In this document: piece after piece, positions 1 to 11,572 of the stretch
How the letters are laid out: each line of letters begins with the position of its first letter
How positions within the stretch are numbered: position 1 is the first letter of the stretch
Assembly (NCBI GenBank): GCA_964019335.1
Contig: OZ025679.1
Span: forward strand, 496,001-560,000
Direction: 5' to 3'
DNA from: Diplonema japonicum
Taxonomy: Eukaryota; Protista; Euglenozoa: Diplonemea
Length of the DNA stretch: 64,000 bases
Program-made: the position numbers and the translations under genes
Notes under the pieces: model-generated
Database searches by the model: none
What the model saw: the letters and a program-made list of their open reading frames with translations, nothing else
Told to the model about the DNA's origin: nothing

Positions 1-1
1 G

Positions 2-1378
2 AGCTTAGAAACGCAGCTCGGTTCAGCGCAAGGGAAGCTGGCTACAACCGAGGCCAAGTTAGTCGAGGCCCGGGAGGATGTTGTGAAAAAAGAAAAGGAG
101 CTGTCCGTTGTTGTTGCGAACAACAAGAAGAAAGAAATAAAAGAAACCACAGTGAGCATGCCTGCAACCATCACAACAGCGTCAGTTGCGAAGGTGCGCA
201 AGATATGTGCCGATATAAACTACCAAGCTGAGAAACTGAGCAATCCGAGGGAGGTAAGGTGGATATGCAAGAAGATAGATGAGGTCGAAGCGCAGGCAGA
301 GAATGCCTCCGTGCACGCAGAAACTGTATTTGGCGAGCTAGACTTCCTGCAAGAATTTGTGCAATTTCTGAACCAGCGTCCTACGCAGTCTGATGAGCCT
401 CTGGAAGAGAGACAGATGCGGCGGGTACGGGAGCAGATCGACATCAGGAAACGGCGGTGGCTGATGTACCTTAGCAGCATTCACTTCGAAAGAAAGACAG
501 CTTTACAGAAGCTGCAACGGTTGATTGCTACCGAGAAGGAAGCGTCACAACGTGTGGGGCGCAGCGTGTCCTTCATGCGGTGGCTTGACCAGAAGATGGA
601 GTGCGTCAAAGACGCCATGACGGAGATTGTTGAAATCGAGAACGGTTTGTCGGAGAATGCAGTTGAGAGACTGCCTGTGTGGATGAAGTACAAGCCGAAT
701 ACTGTGCAGACGTGGGTACCTAGGAGGGAGAGTAGCCCGTCACATGAGGAATCTGACTTTATGATGAGCGATGCAACGTGCGACCACAGGATTCGCGCCG
801 CTGACCGGATCGTGTTTGAGAAGAAGGTCTACCGCCGTCTCACCCAGCGTGCCTCCCTCGCGGAGATCATTCCCCCCACAGAGCAGCCTACGTGCGAAAC
901 GCTCCCCCCTGTCAACAACAGCCTCTCGCAGTCCAGCAGTGCAGTACAGCAACAGCAGCCGTCCCGCATCGAAACACCCTACATCAGGGTCTCGCAAGGC
1001 AACAACCAGCTCAAGGTCGGCACCGTTGACCTCTCGCTACCCGACGACATCAACCATGCAGGGCAGACCACACGCAACTATTGCGTCCCTGCAGCTAAGC
1101 CAAGCAGCCCTCCTAGGGGTCCTGTGACAGCACCGCCCACTTTTAAGGTCACGCACTTGCCTACCATTGAGTTGTCCACTCGAGTGGAGTGTTCCGACAC
1201 TGCTCTTGAAAAGGTAGAAGCAATAGTCTCATCTTACAAAGCCAAACGCCGTGACTCCATGTTGAAGAACCGGGGGCAGAAGCCCAGTAAGGACCTCACT
1301 CCTAACTGCGTCAACACAAAGACATCCCTGAACACCGCCCCTGCCCCGAGTGCTGCTACGTGCTTCACTCTTTGCTGA
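2..1378 (+). CDS. Coiled-coil protein of unknown function, 5'-truncated by the window edge
   Basis: Frame is open from base 2 to TGA 1378; E/K/Q/R-rich helical N-half and P/S/T-rich C-half. Confidence 0.7.
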   Translation, partial: SLETQLGSAQGKLATTEAKLVEAREDVVKKEKELSVVVANNKKKEIKETTVSMPATITTASVAKVRKICADINYQAEKLSNPREVRWICKKIDEVEAQAENASVHAETVFGELDFLQEFVQFLNQRPTQSDEPLEERQMRRVREQIDIRKRRWLMYLSSIHFERKTALQKLQRLIATEKEASQRVGRSVSFMRWLDQKMECVKDAMTEIVEIENGLSENAVERLPVWMKYKPNTVQTWVPRRESSPSHEESDFMMSDATCDHRIRAADRIVFEKKVYRRLTQRASLAEIIPPTEQPTCETLPPVNNSLSQSSSAVQQQQPSRIETPYIRVSQGNNQLKVGTVDLSLPDDINHAGQTTRNYCVPAAKPSSPPRGPVTAPPTFKVTHLPTIELSTRVECSDTALEKVEAIVSSYKAKRRDSMLKNRGQKPSKDLTPNCVNTKTSLNTAPAPSAATCFTLC

Positions 1379-1471
1379 CGGCTTTCTTGTGCTGCTCTCT
1401 CTTCCGAGGAGCATTACATCGTAAACCAGTTGCTTTCTCCTTTGCAGTTGTCAGTCACTACAGGAATACAG

Positions 1472-3238
1472 ATGGAGCCGTATGTCGATGCTAGAGACCC
1501 TGTCTTCGAGGCAGGGGATGAGTACACCAGCACCCCAAGGAGCGCAGGGTATAAGTCTCAAAAAGAACTAGCGCGGCAAAAGCTGAACCACAACACCCCT
1601 CTGAAGCAATCAGTCTTGAGTCATCAAGACTCAAGCGGCTTGGAGCAAGAAGTTACCAGTTTGAGGAGCCTTGTTGCACAGCTCCAGGACAGCATTGTTG
1701 AAATGAAGAAATCTGAAAATCAGATGGAGCCGCCACCCCAGCCGCAGCGGCCGCCAATGCCCATTCCTTTGAAGTGGGAAGAAAGGGAGGGTATTGTCAA
1801 GGAGAACGCGGCCAGACTTGACCCCCGTCCCAGTGGAACAATGACTACATCGCATGCTGAGTTTGTTAAGCTGAAGAGAAGGCATGCAGCTGGCATCAGG
1901 CAGTCGCCAGGTCGTCGGGAGCAGCAAGAATCTACCTTTACGCCTGTGCCTAAGACGCCAGTTGCGAAGTCAGCGCTGAAGAAGACTAGATCGCCGTCAC
2001 CCCTCCGCATGGTGACGGACACGTACTCCCGAGCTAGCGAAAAAAGACCGTGTGCCCCTCAGGTGTCACATGCTGATTTCTCGCGCTCTAAGAAAGGACA
2101 CCTCATCGACGTGGACTCCCCCGCCAGACGGCGCGCCTCTGAAATCGTGACACCCCAGCCACCTTACTTGTCTGTTGTCTCGCATATGAGTCCAGAAGCA
2201 GGAAAGCGACGCCCCACGTGGCCTGATCATCTGCCGCACAATGCGCTTAACTTAATACAAGGAAAGTGGGTCTCGAACACACTGCCTCCGAGAAGCTTTG
2301 AAATCCAAGGTGAGGCCCTGTATGTGGAGGGCGTCGAATCAAAGCACAAAGTGCGGTTGGGGAGCTTCGGTCTTTCCATTGCAGACATCACTGCCGTCGC
2401 GCTGAACTCGCACATGATTGAGTGGAACGATGGAGACACGTGGGAGAGGCCTGGGAGGAGGTCGCCAGTTTTCCGACACCCAAGAGCAACTTCGCCTGCG
2501 GCAAGAGAACCAGCACAGAGATACCATCAAGACCCCATGACGAGCAGGTCTCCAACACAAGAACCAGAAGACATGAGGCACGAGGCATCACATTTTGTAA
2601 AAGAAGTCCCGCAGATCAGCATGCGGGACAGGGAGCCTTCACCAAGAGACCAAATGTACTCACGAGACGCGTCACCCAATGACGAGCCTAAGAGGACATA
2701 CGGAAGCAACTCACCAGGGTACCCTCCTGTTCTGTATGAGGAGTCCGAAGATGAACGGTACTGCGCTGACTGCGTTGGGCATTTAGAGGACTGCCCTTTC
2801 TGCCCGGTCACTGGCAAGCCACACATCATGCCATCTTCGCACGTTACAAAGGGGAGGTGCCCATCAGGCCATAGGCTAACCATACAGTCCGAAAAGCTTG
2901 GATCTGTAAGGTGCAGTTCGTGTTCGCTTATATTGGAAGCCTCTCGATTTGCAGGTTGCAGGACTTGCGACTATGATGTGTGCGACGTGTGCCTGGGGTG
3001 TAGCGAGGAACCTGTTATCGTCACCGTGACGAGGAGCCCCTTCGAGGGCACAGGGGCCATCTGTGGGCAGTCAATGTTGTTGGAAGAGGTAGTCCCAGGC
3101 TCGTCTGCTGAACTGATGGGAATGACCGAGCTCTTGGGGAAAAGGCTCACTCACGTCAACGGGACAGCTGTGGAGAGCATCACAGAGGCGTGCGATGCTG
3201 CACAAGATGCAGAGGAGGTAGAGATGCGATTTGTATAA
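1472..3238 (+). CDS. Multidomain protein: Pro/Ser-rich region, WNDGDTW-type domain, CxxC...CPVTGKPH Zn knuckle, ZZ-like zinc finger, degenerate C-terminal PDZ
   Basis: ATG 1472 follows CAG acceptors. Motifs CPSGH...CSSC...CRTCDYDVCDVC (ZZ-like) and LEEVVPGSSAELMG...LTHVNG (PDZ-like). Confidence 0.7.
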   Translation: MEPYVDARDPVFEAGDEYTSTPRSAGYKSQKELARQKLNHNTPLKQSVLSHQDSSGLEQEVTSLRSLVAQLQDSIVEMKKSENQMEPPPQPQRPPMPIPLKWEEREGIVKENAARLDPRPSGTMTTSHAEFVKLKRRHAAGIRQSPGRREQQESTFTPVPKTPVAKSALKKTRSPSPLRMVTDTYSRASEKRPCAPQVSHADFSRSKKGHLIDVDSPARRRASEIVTPQPPYLSVVSHMSPEAGKRRPTWPDHLPHNALNLIQGKWVSNTLPPRSFEIQGEALYVEGVESKHKVRLGSFGLSIADITAVALNSHMIEWNDGDTWERPGRRSPVFRHPRATSPAAREPAQRYHQDPMTSRSPTQEPEDMRHEASHFVKEVPQISMRDREPSPRDQMYSRDASPNDEPKRTYGSNSPGYPPVLYEESEDERYCADCVGHLEDCPFCPVTGKPHIMPSSHVTKGRCPSGHRLTIQSEKLGSVRCSSCSLILEASRFAGCRTCDYDVCDVCLGCSEEPVIVTVTRSPFEGTGAICGQSMLLEEVVPGSSAELMGMTELLGKRLTHVNGTAVESITEACDAAQDAEEVEMRFV

Positions 3239-3339
3239 ACACCTGAAACTTTTGTTGGTTTTGGGCTTTGTCTTGTTACTATTCAATTGTATTTAATTCT
3301 TGTAACGTATGCTATGTTTACTCCCACAGTCAGGTCAGG

Positions 3340-4497
3340 ATGCTCCCAGTGCTACAGCGGTACGATGAGAACAACGTGGGCCCTGCAATGGCGACGTACC
3401 TGCAGAAGAGGATTGTGCAGAGGAAGGTGTTGAGAGAGACAACGCGTGCAGAGAGACAGCTTGTTGCGGAGGAACGAGAGCGGGTGAGGGAGCTGGATGA
3501 CCGGGGGAAGCATGCCGCTATCCAGTACGAGCATCTCACCAATGCAGCGCTGCCGCTGGCACCCATGATGCACCAAAGCATTCCATACCTCACGCAGAAA
3601 CAAGTGTCACCCAAGTCAGACCCTAATGGAGTGGGAAAGGTACTGAACAGTCTGACACGGAAGAACAGCTTGCTCATCGATGCGGAGGACAGCACCTTTG
3701 CGTTGCAGCTGGCTTCTTATGAACGATCCTTGTACACTGCACGCTCCACACATATCAACAACCTCCTTAATAAAGGCAGGAAGGTCAATGTAAAAGTACA
3801 AAGAATGAAGCAGGTGCGTGATGAGTACTTGTCGCACCGCTTTGCACCTGCAACTCGGAGACCTTGCAGAAAGCTGGCGTTGGGTGTGTTCGAGCACGAC
3901 CTGTGGCACAAGCGAAAGGCAAGCTTACAGAAGAGCGATGCCATCAAACACTATGAGCAGCAAGCGGTGACGAGGTTCTTGAACAGTGAATGGAAGGAGC
4001 GTGCTGCGATTGTAAAGAAATGGGGCCTATTACTCGAAGGGGTGCTGTCGCAGCACAGACGGGCCATGTTCGGCAGCAGAGATATCATAATTGAAGACGA
4101 AGAGCGAGCGAGGGAAGGTATTGCCGTAAGCGAAGAACAGATGTTCCTTGAGCTAGAGGGCATTGTGTTCACGATGGGTAGTGGCTCTGCGCAGCCCATG
4201 CATACATGTCTTGTGCTTGGCGGTGTGGCTGCAGACTGGGAGCAGTTCAAGGAGTATGCCCAGCAAACCACAGGCGTCATGGTGAAGAATACCTTCGTTC
4301 ATCATGTGAGTGTCGTTGCTGTGCTGATCATTATCAGCGTGGCCAGCACCCCTCCACCACCACCACCACCAGCAGTCATACTGCCTGTCCTCCCACTGTT
4401 CCCAAGGCCCCCTTCCGGACTGCAGCGTGCCTGGGCTGCGCGGAATAAGAAGCTGCGGACACTCTCATACAGCCCGAAGGACCTGTATCTTCCGTGA
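3340..4497 (+). CDS. Hypothetical coiled-coil protein (3' end uncertain)
   Basis: ATG 3340 after CCCACAG; long ORF. A possible 32-nt intron 4306-4337 (GTGAGT...TATCAG) would move the stop to 4448. Confidence 0.6.
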   Translation: MLPVLQRYDENNVGPAMATYLQKRIVQRKVLRETTRAERQLVAEERERVRELDDRGKHAAIQYEHLTNAALPLAPMMHQSIPYLTQKQVSPKSDPNGVGKVLNSLTRKNSLLIDAEDSTFALQLASYERSLYTARSTHINNLLNKGRKVNVKVQRMKQVRDEYLSHRFAPATRRPCRKLALGVFEHDLWHKRKASLQKSDAIKHYEQQAVTRFLNSEWKERAAIVKKWGLLLEGVLSQHRRAMFGSRDIIIEDEERAREGIAVSEEQMFLELEGIVFTMGSGSAQPMHTCLVLGGVAADWEQFKEYAQQTTGVMVKNTFVHHVSVVAVLIIISVASTPPPPPPPAVILPVLPLFPRPPSGLQRAWAARNKKLRTLSYSPKDLYLP

Positions 4498-4554
4498 TCC
4501 TTTTCTAAGGAGCTGACTGTTACTGCGCGTACTGCACTCACAATGCAGCTTAGG

Positions 4555-5391
4555 ATGGAAAATAAAGATGTTTTCTTCAGGAGTACGGACTCCATCGAGG
4601 GGGAGAGGCAACGCGAGGCGAGCATACAGAGCCCCGACGACAACTACCGGGAGGAAGGAGAAGAGATAGTGAAGTGTGCGGCGTGCCACGAAGACCTCGA
4701 GGAAGGGTGCATGTACTGCACGTCGTGTGGTGTCGAGCGAGGCCAGAAGACCCTGCGGGTGCTGTCGTGCAGGTACTGCGGTTTACGTGTGTCGGCCAGC
4801 CACCTGTTTTGCAACGGCTGCGGCGTGCTCCTCGCGCATGTGAAGGAGGGCAGCAAGTACACCAATGTCGTATCAGACGATGTAGTCGAGCTGCCGAGCC
4901 ACAAGCTGACAGCTGAAGAACAGAAGAACCATATACACCGCATGCATGACAAGAGCCTCCGCAGGCAGGGTGAGGTGAGCGCAGAGTTGGATAAGAAGTA
5001 CAAAGGCACCCCCACATGGTTACGGGGTGTCAATGACGAGACGCCCACCAAGTACTCAGTACGGCACCCACCCATTCATAGGGACAAGATACACATGCAC
5101 GTTATGAGAGTTTACAATGCAGACCTCGAGAACAGGGCGGCCACGCAAAGGCTGCTCACCAACGAGTACTGCGACCAGATGGTGAAGACGACCTACCGCA
5201 CGAAGGCGGAGCTCAGAAGGGGAGCAGAGCGTCTGACAACAGGAGCCCCCTCGAGCACGAAGGAGGAACGGATGAAAGAGAATCAAGGAAAGGTGGTCAG
5301 CGATGAGAAGTTCAGCTGGTCATCATTCCAACAGCAAGCCGAGCGGGCAACTTCCATGCTGATCAAACGTGATTCGGACGGAGAGGACTAG
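4555..5391 (+). CDS. Double zinc-ribbon protein
   Basis: Four CxxC pairs (CAAC, CTSC, CRYC, CNGC) in double zinc-ribbon spacing; ATG 4555 directly after an AG (alternative ATG 4543). Confidence 0.65.
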   Translation: MENKDVFFRSTDSIEGERQREASIQSPDDNYREEGEEIVKCAACHEDLEEGCMYCTSCGVERGQKTLRVLSCRYCGLRVSASHLFCNGCGVLLAHVKEGSKYTNVVSDDVVELPSHKLTAEEQKNHIHRMHDKSLRRQGEVSAELDKKYKGTPTWLRGVNDETPTKYSVRHPPIHRDKIHMHVMRVYNADLENRAATQRLLTNEYCDQMVKTTYRTKAELRRGAERLTTGAPSSTKEERMKENQGKVVSDEKFSWSSFQQQAERATSMLIKRDSDGED

Positions 5392-5860
5392 CTTTTTACA
5401 AAGCAGCGTTTTTGGGGCTACTTTTTCCTCTCAGTTTGCTAATTTCCCCCAGGTTCAGCTCAATTGGCCAACTTTTGCCTCGGCTCAGTTCCAAGTTGGA
5501 CTACTTTTTCCTCCCAACTTGCCCACTTTTGGCTAGGCCTTGCTCCCAGTTTATGTGGGTAACTCTTCTGTGGGTAAGGGTAACTTAGTCAGCTTACCCA
5601 AGCTCCCCAAAAGACTTCAAAATACCGAAGCAGCAGAAAAATAGGAGCCAGCGGCCGCGCTAGGTATGGGAAGGCTTGATTAGAGATGGTGACAGTGGCA
5701 ATGCCAGCGACAGCGGCAGCTCTAAGTCAACAAAAGGAGGAAAAACAACTTGTATTGTAACCTTTGTACCCCTCTCTTGTTGTACCCCTTGTCACCCTGT
5801 TGTGCCCCTCGTGGTGAAGTAATTTCAGAGTGTCGTGAAATAAAACCACTTACCTACCGC

Positions 5861-5907
5861 CAAGTAATGCTTCACCGACCTCGAGGTAACGGTAAAGTCA
5901 TTACTTG
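5861..5907. promoter_or_regulatory. Imperfect stem-loop ~70 nt upstream of the RPB8 start
   Basis: CAAGTAATG (5861-5869) pairs with CATTACTTG (5899-5907); inner ACCG/CGGT and ACCT-CG-AGGT arms. Function unknown. Confidence 0.45.
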
Positions 5908-5975
5908 TTGGCAGTAAATAGCTATTATTTTATATATTTCCTCCTCTTTTTTTCTCATCGTTTTTTAAGGCAAAA

Positions 5976-6478
5976 ATGGCGTCAAACCCGATAATCACGG
6001 AGGATCAGTTCGAGATCCGTCAGGTTGATCACGAGGTGTGTGTGTTTGTCCTTTTTTCTTTTTCTTTTACGTTGTTGAACATAACACACAACAGGCACAC
6101 TTCGACCGAGTGAGTAGGGTGAGCGGGTCTTCCAAGACTTTTGGGCTGAAGGTAGTCTTCGATGTCAACACCGACATATACCCAATTGAGGAAGGCGACG
6201 ACCTGACCATTGCCCTGGCGAAGACACTGGAGCTAGACGGGCAGTTGAGCCACGACTCCTACGACCCCTCGCTGCTGACAAGGCGCACCCTCGCTGAGCG
6301 CTATGACTACGTGTGTCACGGCACTGTCTACAAGGTCCAAGCTGGAGAAAAGGGAGACAGCGTGACCTTCTACATCAGCTTCGGCGGCCTCCTCATGAAG
6401 CTTACAGGCCAGATCCAAAAGCTCTCGGGCATCGAACTAAACATGAAACTCTATCTGCTCATCCGACACAGTCAGTAG
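5976..6478 (+). CDS. RPB8: DNA-directed RNA polymerases I/II/III shared subunit RPB8 (RPABC3); exons 5976-6035 and 6095-6478
   Basis: Spliced product MASNPIITEDQFEIRQVDHE|AHFDRVSR...DVNTDIYP...YDYVCHGTVYK...SFGGLLMKL is diagnostic; 59-nt GT-AG intron. Confidence 0.93.
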
Positions 6479-6815
6479 CCAGTAGTGTCAAGATGCGGGG
6501 GGAGGGAGGGGTATAATGCGGCTGTAAGAAAAAAGGGGGAAGTCAGCTCCTTTCCGCAAAAAAGAGAAGTCTTTGTATAGGTTGTGTCCTATGTTATTGG
6601 AGGGGGGGGGGGGGGTACATTTTTTTTCATTATTTATAATTATCAGTTGAAAGTACCAACGGAAAAGAAAAAAAGAAAAGAGTGTGTGTTTTTTTTTTCT
6701 CTTTTTTTTTTTGTATTTCTTCATGTTCCCGTACGTTCCGTAACTCCCCCTTTTTTTTTTAAAAGAAATTGTAAACATAAAACGAAGAGGGGGGAAGAAA
6801 CAAAAGAAAAAGAAT

Positions 6816-7235
6816 ATGTTGCGGGCGGCAAGAGGGATGGCAAGAAGCGGCATGAGGTGGCACTCAGCATCGAGCGGGGGGAATCTAAAGGTGGTGTGGG
6901 TCTCCAGCGATGGACAGAAGACGGAGACAATGTGCAAGGAAGGGGACAACCTGCTGGACGTTGCTCACAACAACGGTTTGAACATTGAAGGTGCGTGCGA
7001 TGGCGTGTGTGCGTGCAGCACATGCCACCTCATAGTCGATAAAGACTGGTTTGAGAAGCTCCCGGAAGCTGAGGATGAAGAGGAGGACATGCTTGACCAG
7101 GCCTTCGAGCTGAAGCCCACAAGCAGACTTGGTTGCCAGGTAATAATGACCCCTGAGCTAAATGGCCTTACAGTCAACATTCCCCGGTACACAAGGAATC
7201 TGTATGTGGATGGCCATGTTCCTCACCACCACTAG
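6816..7235 (+). CDS. Mitochondrial 2Fe-2S ferredoxin (adrenodoxin/Yah1/FDX2 type)
   Basis: EGACDGVCACSTCH and SRLGCQ cluster motifs; Arg/Ser-rich N-terminal presequence. Confidence 0.95.
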   Translation: MLRAARGMARSGMRWHSASSGGNLKVVWVSSDGQKTETMCKEGDNLLDVAHNNGLNIEGACDGVCACSTCHLIVDKDWFEKLPEAEDEEEDMLDQAFELKPTSRLGCQVIMTPELNGLTVNIPRYTRNLYVDGHVPHHH

Positions 7236-7256
7236 ATGTGGGGGAGGGGGGAAGGA

Positions 7257-7287
<31 letters not shown>

Positions 7288-8202
7288 TTTTCTAAAGAAA
7301 GTTTTTTGTGCCCTTTTCCTCCTTCTTTCCGTTACTCCTATTTTATAGTGTTTTTTTTTTTCTGGTTCAAACCCCCCCCCCCCCCCCCCCCCCCCCGGCT
7401 TTTGTTCACAATCGCCCGACTATGTCCCCGTTGCCTTGTCGCTTATCCCCCCCCCACCCTCTCATTTTCCCCATCATTGCGAAACTTTCTTAAAAAGGGA
7501 GTTTATGGGGGGGGGGGGGGGGGTTGAATCTGGTGAATGTGAGGTCGGAAGACTGCAAGAAAGTGGTTATTTGTTTTGGCCCAGCCACAGGCATGTGTTT
7601 TTGTTTGTTTCTTTTTTTTCTTTTTCTTTTTTTAGCCGTCAAAAGAAAAAGAAAAGAACGAACTTTTCCCAGGCTTATTGGTTTGAGGATTGAAGAACAA
7701 AAAGAAAATAAAAAGCTTTTTTTTTTTTATTCTATTTACGTTCAAATATTTTTTATTTTTTCGTTCTTTTTTTTTGCAACTCCGTTTCCTTTTATAATTC
7801 TCGAATGAGCAGCATGACAAAAGTACACGGGGATATTAATGACACAGAAATTAGGTTCTATTCTGGTGAGCGAACACTTCCGAAAACGACGAGGGGGGAG
7901 GGGGGGGAGAGGAAGGGACTCCACAGAGAATGGATGGCAGCAACACGCAAAAAGAAAAAAAAGAAAAAAACTTGACGGTTGTTTTTTTTTTTTTTTGTAC
8001 GCCATTTTAAAAAAAAGAAAAACGAAGATTTTTCACTCTGAAAAAAAAAAGCACACACCCCCCCCTTTTTTTTCCTTGAAAAAATATTTTCACAGCAAAA
8101 AAAAAAAGAACAAAAAAATCACACCAAAAAGAGGGGGTGGGTGGGACCACACACAAAAACAAAACAAAAAGAAAAAAAACACACACACAAACAAAAAAGA
8201 AA

Positions 8203-10044
8203 ATGGAATTCACAGGCTTCGAACGGGTATGTCAGCACCACTTTTTAAAAGATTTCTTCTTTTTCTTTTCCCCAGATGATGGAACGGCTCTCCGGAGGAA
8301 GCACTGACCCGTCTGCTGCACTTACGATAAGCAGCAACAGCGCCTCAAATACAACAGATGTGAAGCCACCCGCAGCAGAGGTAGAGGACCCCCCAAGGGA
8401 CAAACGCTTCGCGACAATTCTGATGAACGGGATTCTGTGCTACAACGCAGAGTTCGGTGAGTCTGTTGAGAAGAAGATCAACACAGAAAGAATTCAGGTT
8501 AACGGAGACAGCAAAGGTTTGTACCTGTGCCTCAACGTCAGCACGGCCTGCGAGGTCGGAGTGGACAACATGAAGCTAGCCCTGACATTCACCAACGGTG
8601 ACGAGGCAAAGGCCAACTCAGTCGGAATATTCGTAGGCTACCTCACTGCTTCATGCCGATACATCAAGACTGCAGTGTACGTCCCCTTTGTACCTGACAC
8701 TGTGACAATTTCCTGTCAGTTCTCGGAGAGGGAGGAAGACACGGACGAGATAAATTTCACCCACGATGTTATAAAGTACATTTTACAATCCTCCACCCTG
8801 AACCCCGGGCTCGGTTCGCTGCCGTCCGCCTTCACGCAGAACCACGCTAAGCACCTCCCTCAGTACAAGTCCGTCATCACCAAGAAGTACAACAGTTCTT
8901 GGCATAAGTACTTGAAGGCGAACTGCGAGGTCTTCACGGTGTTTCACTTCTCCGAAGAAGAATGCATCTCCAAGGGTATCTGGCCCTACGTTAAGGCGCA
9001 TGAGGTGCGTGTCGCGCTGGCTTCGCAGAAGAATGTTCTCGAAATAGACCGCCGCATCGCTAGGGAGTCTGAGGTACACGAGCATGCTTTGACGGAGTAC
9101 TTGAAATCTGTTCTTGATGGGCTGGAAGAGGGGATGGACCAGGTGTGTTTATATATAAAAAGAAGAAAAAAAAAGAAAAATACTGTAAAACAAAAACAAA
9201 AATCACCGTACCGTACGATAAATTGTCCGGACCACCGCACTTTTTTAGGGGGGTACCTATGCACTGTCTCCTCTGTGTGCTGAAAAAACTTATGTTTCTG
9301 TTGCAAGAGTCTTAAAAATTAGCAAAAATAAAACTGAAAAGGGGGGCAGGGGGGCGAGGAAAGGGCAAGCAGCGTCCTACCTGTCCACACGTCTGGCCTT
9401 CAGCCTTGGCAGTGCGCCTGGCCAATCGTGTCATCCAACACTTCTCATATTGCTGGTCTTCCCAGTCCCACTCTAGGCAGCAGGGGAAGCACCCTCTGGT
9501 CCATTTCAGGTCACCCCTGTCAGATCCTGGACATTTTAGCTTCCCGTGATTTTTGTTTTACAATAAAAAAATAAAAAAGAAAAAAAAAAAAGAAAAAAAA
9601 ACACCCCCCAGCGAGAGGTCATGGACCACATCGAACAGAATAGTGATTTCCTTTACTTCGTGTCGCCTTCCATTTCCACGCTTCAGCGGTTTTTGGTGAA
9701 GCAGCGCGACACTTTCGTGTGGACCACCCACAAGGACCTGCCTAGGTGTATTGGGCTCAGTAGGGGAACCAGAGTGGTGTGTTTTTTTTTGGGGGGGGAA
9801 AAAAAAGAAAATGTTTCAGAGTGAACTTCCTTCCCCGCAGTCCAAGCCTGTAAACAACATCGAGGCTCGGCTTAAAGAGCCCCCTGCTCCACTCCCGCCT
9901 ACAGCTTCTACTCCGACTGTCAGTAGCGCTGCTTCCAGTGCCTTGATGGGGGGTGTTCTGCACCCACCCGGAAAGCACGCCATGCAGAAAGCACAAACCC
10001 CTACGGCCGAGTTCCCCAGGATGCATGTTGGGTCCCAGTGGTGA
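8203..10044 (+). CDS. Hypothetical ~426-aa protein, possibly with winged-helix/LOTUS-like repeats; exons 8203-8226, 8276-9142, 9612-9776, 9820-10044
   Basis: Three GT-AG introns (49, 469 and 43 nt) join ORFs 8276, 9621 and 9751 in frame. Motifs SWHKYLKANCEVF and TLQRFLVKQRDTF resemble Egalitarian/LOTUS-type winged-helix ends (weak). Confidence 0.65.
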
Positions 10045-10848
10045 GCGGCGTGGCAGTTTTTTCACAATGCGCGAAAAAAAAAAAAAAAAAAAAAAAGAAC
10101 GAAGAGGAAAAAAAAAAAAAAAAAAATCGAATCATTTTTCTGCCACAACGGAACGAAAGGACGAAGAACAGCGAAAAATATTGAAGGGAAAAAAAAAAAA
10201 AAAAAAAAAAAAAGAATTTGGTAAAACACTTGTCGTTTTGGTTTTTCGCTCGAGTAAGGAGGGAGATGGGAAAGAAGAAAAAAAAAAAAGAAAAAAAAAA
10301 AGAGGGGCGCAAGAAAAAAGAAGAAAAAAAGAAAACAGGAAGGTATCCTTACTCGGCACAGAGTGTACAAGTATTTTTTTTTTTTTTTTTTATAATCATT
10401 GTTCAACCATATTCGGAAAATGAGAAAGAAGAAAAAGAGAGAAAAGAAGAACTCCTGCCACACCCACATACCATCTTTCTTCCTCGTTTTTTTTTTTTCT
10501 TCTCCCCCCTTAGATGTTTCGGAAGTGAAAGCAGAAATCCTGCCAAAACTGCGAAGGGAGGAAAGTTTTTAAGAAGAAGAGAGAAAGGAAAAAAAAGAAA
10601 ATCTTAAAATTCTTAAGATTTTTTTTTTTGGTGCGAAAAATGGCGCATCGCCAGCGAACAAGGTTTGTTTTTCTTTTTTTTTTTGTTCCTTCTTTTCTTC
10701 TTCTTTTTTTTGAACCAAAAAAAAAAAAAGACAGTTAACACTTTGTATTATTGGTGTCTGCTGACCAGATACATTCACCTTTAAAAGAAGAAGAAAGAAG
10801 CATTAAATGTATTTTAAATGATTTTTGTCAGGTAAAAAGCTGCTCTTA

Positions 10849-10890
<42 letters not shown>

Positions 10891-11572
10891 CTTATTCTTT
10901 GGCTTCAGTCTATGGTTCTTTTGTCTTACTTTAGTGGCAGGTAGCACTAGCCCAAACGCTTTTTTTCCCTTCCCTATAAGTGAAACCTGCAATTCTTTTT
11001 TTTTTTTTTTTTTTTTTTTTCCCGACTCTGGCTGTTTTTGTTTCACAATTTCTTCTTTTTTTTTTTTAAATTATACACGAACACAGAAAAAGAGGTCAAT
11101 GAACAACAACGGGAGAGGGGGGGGGAGGGCAGACTGATACCTTGCTGTGTGTTCGTTTTATTATTATTATTATTGTCTTTGTTTTGCGAGGCAAAAAAGA
11201 TAAATAATGAGAATCAACTTACACTCAAATGCTGTGTTGTATAGTACTTTATGAACTTCAGCATCCCCCATATTGTAGTTGATGCAAAGAAGAAATAAAG
11301 GGAAGAGGGACACATCCTGCTTCTTCCTTCCTTTTCGGACCAAGAGACCCCGCCGAGGGGCCTGCAACCCCTTTTTTTAATTTTGTAGTTATCGCAAAAG
11401 GGTGGGGGGGGGGAAGAACAAAGAACAAGAAAAAAGAAAAAGTAAAACAAAAAGAAAATCACGGTTGGGATGAAAAGCCATATTATTATTTTTTTAAAAG
11501 AACTGTCGCAGCTTTGTCAAACCCTCAAAGATTCCTTTTTTACCTTCGTAAAGGAGAAACTACAAAAGAAAA

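Noticed and set aside
4306-4337. Possible 32-nt phase-0 intron in gene 3340
   Set aside because: Good splice signals, but both spliced and unspliced C-termini are plausible, so it was left out of the intron counts.
6488-11462. Many K-, F-, P- and G-rich ORFs on both strands
   Set aside because: They are translations of homopolymer tracts in non-coding DNA, which lack stop codons by composition.
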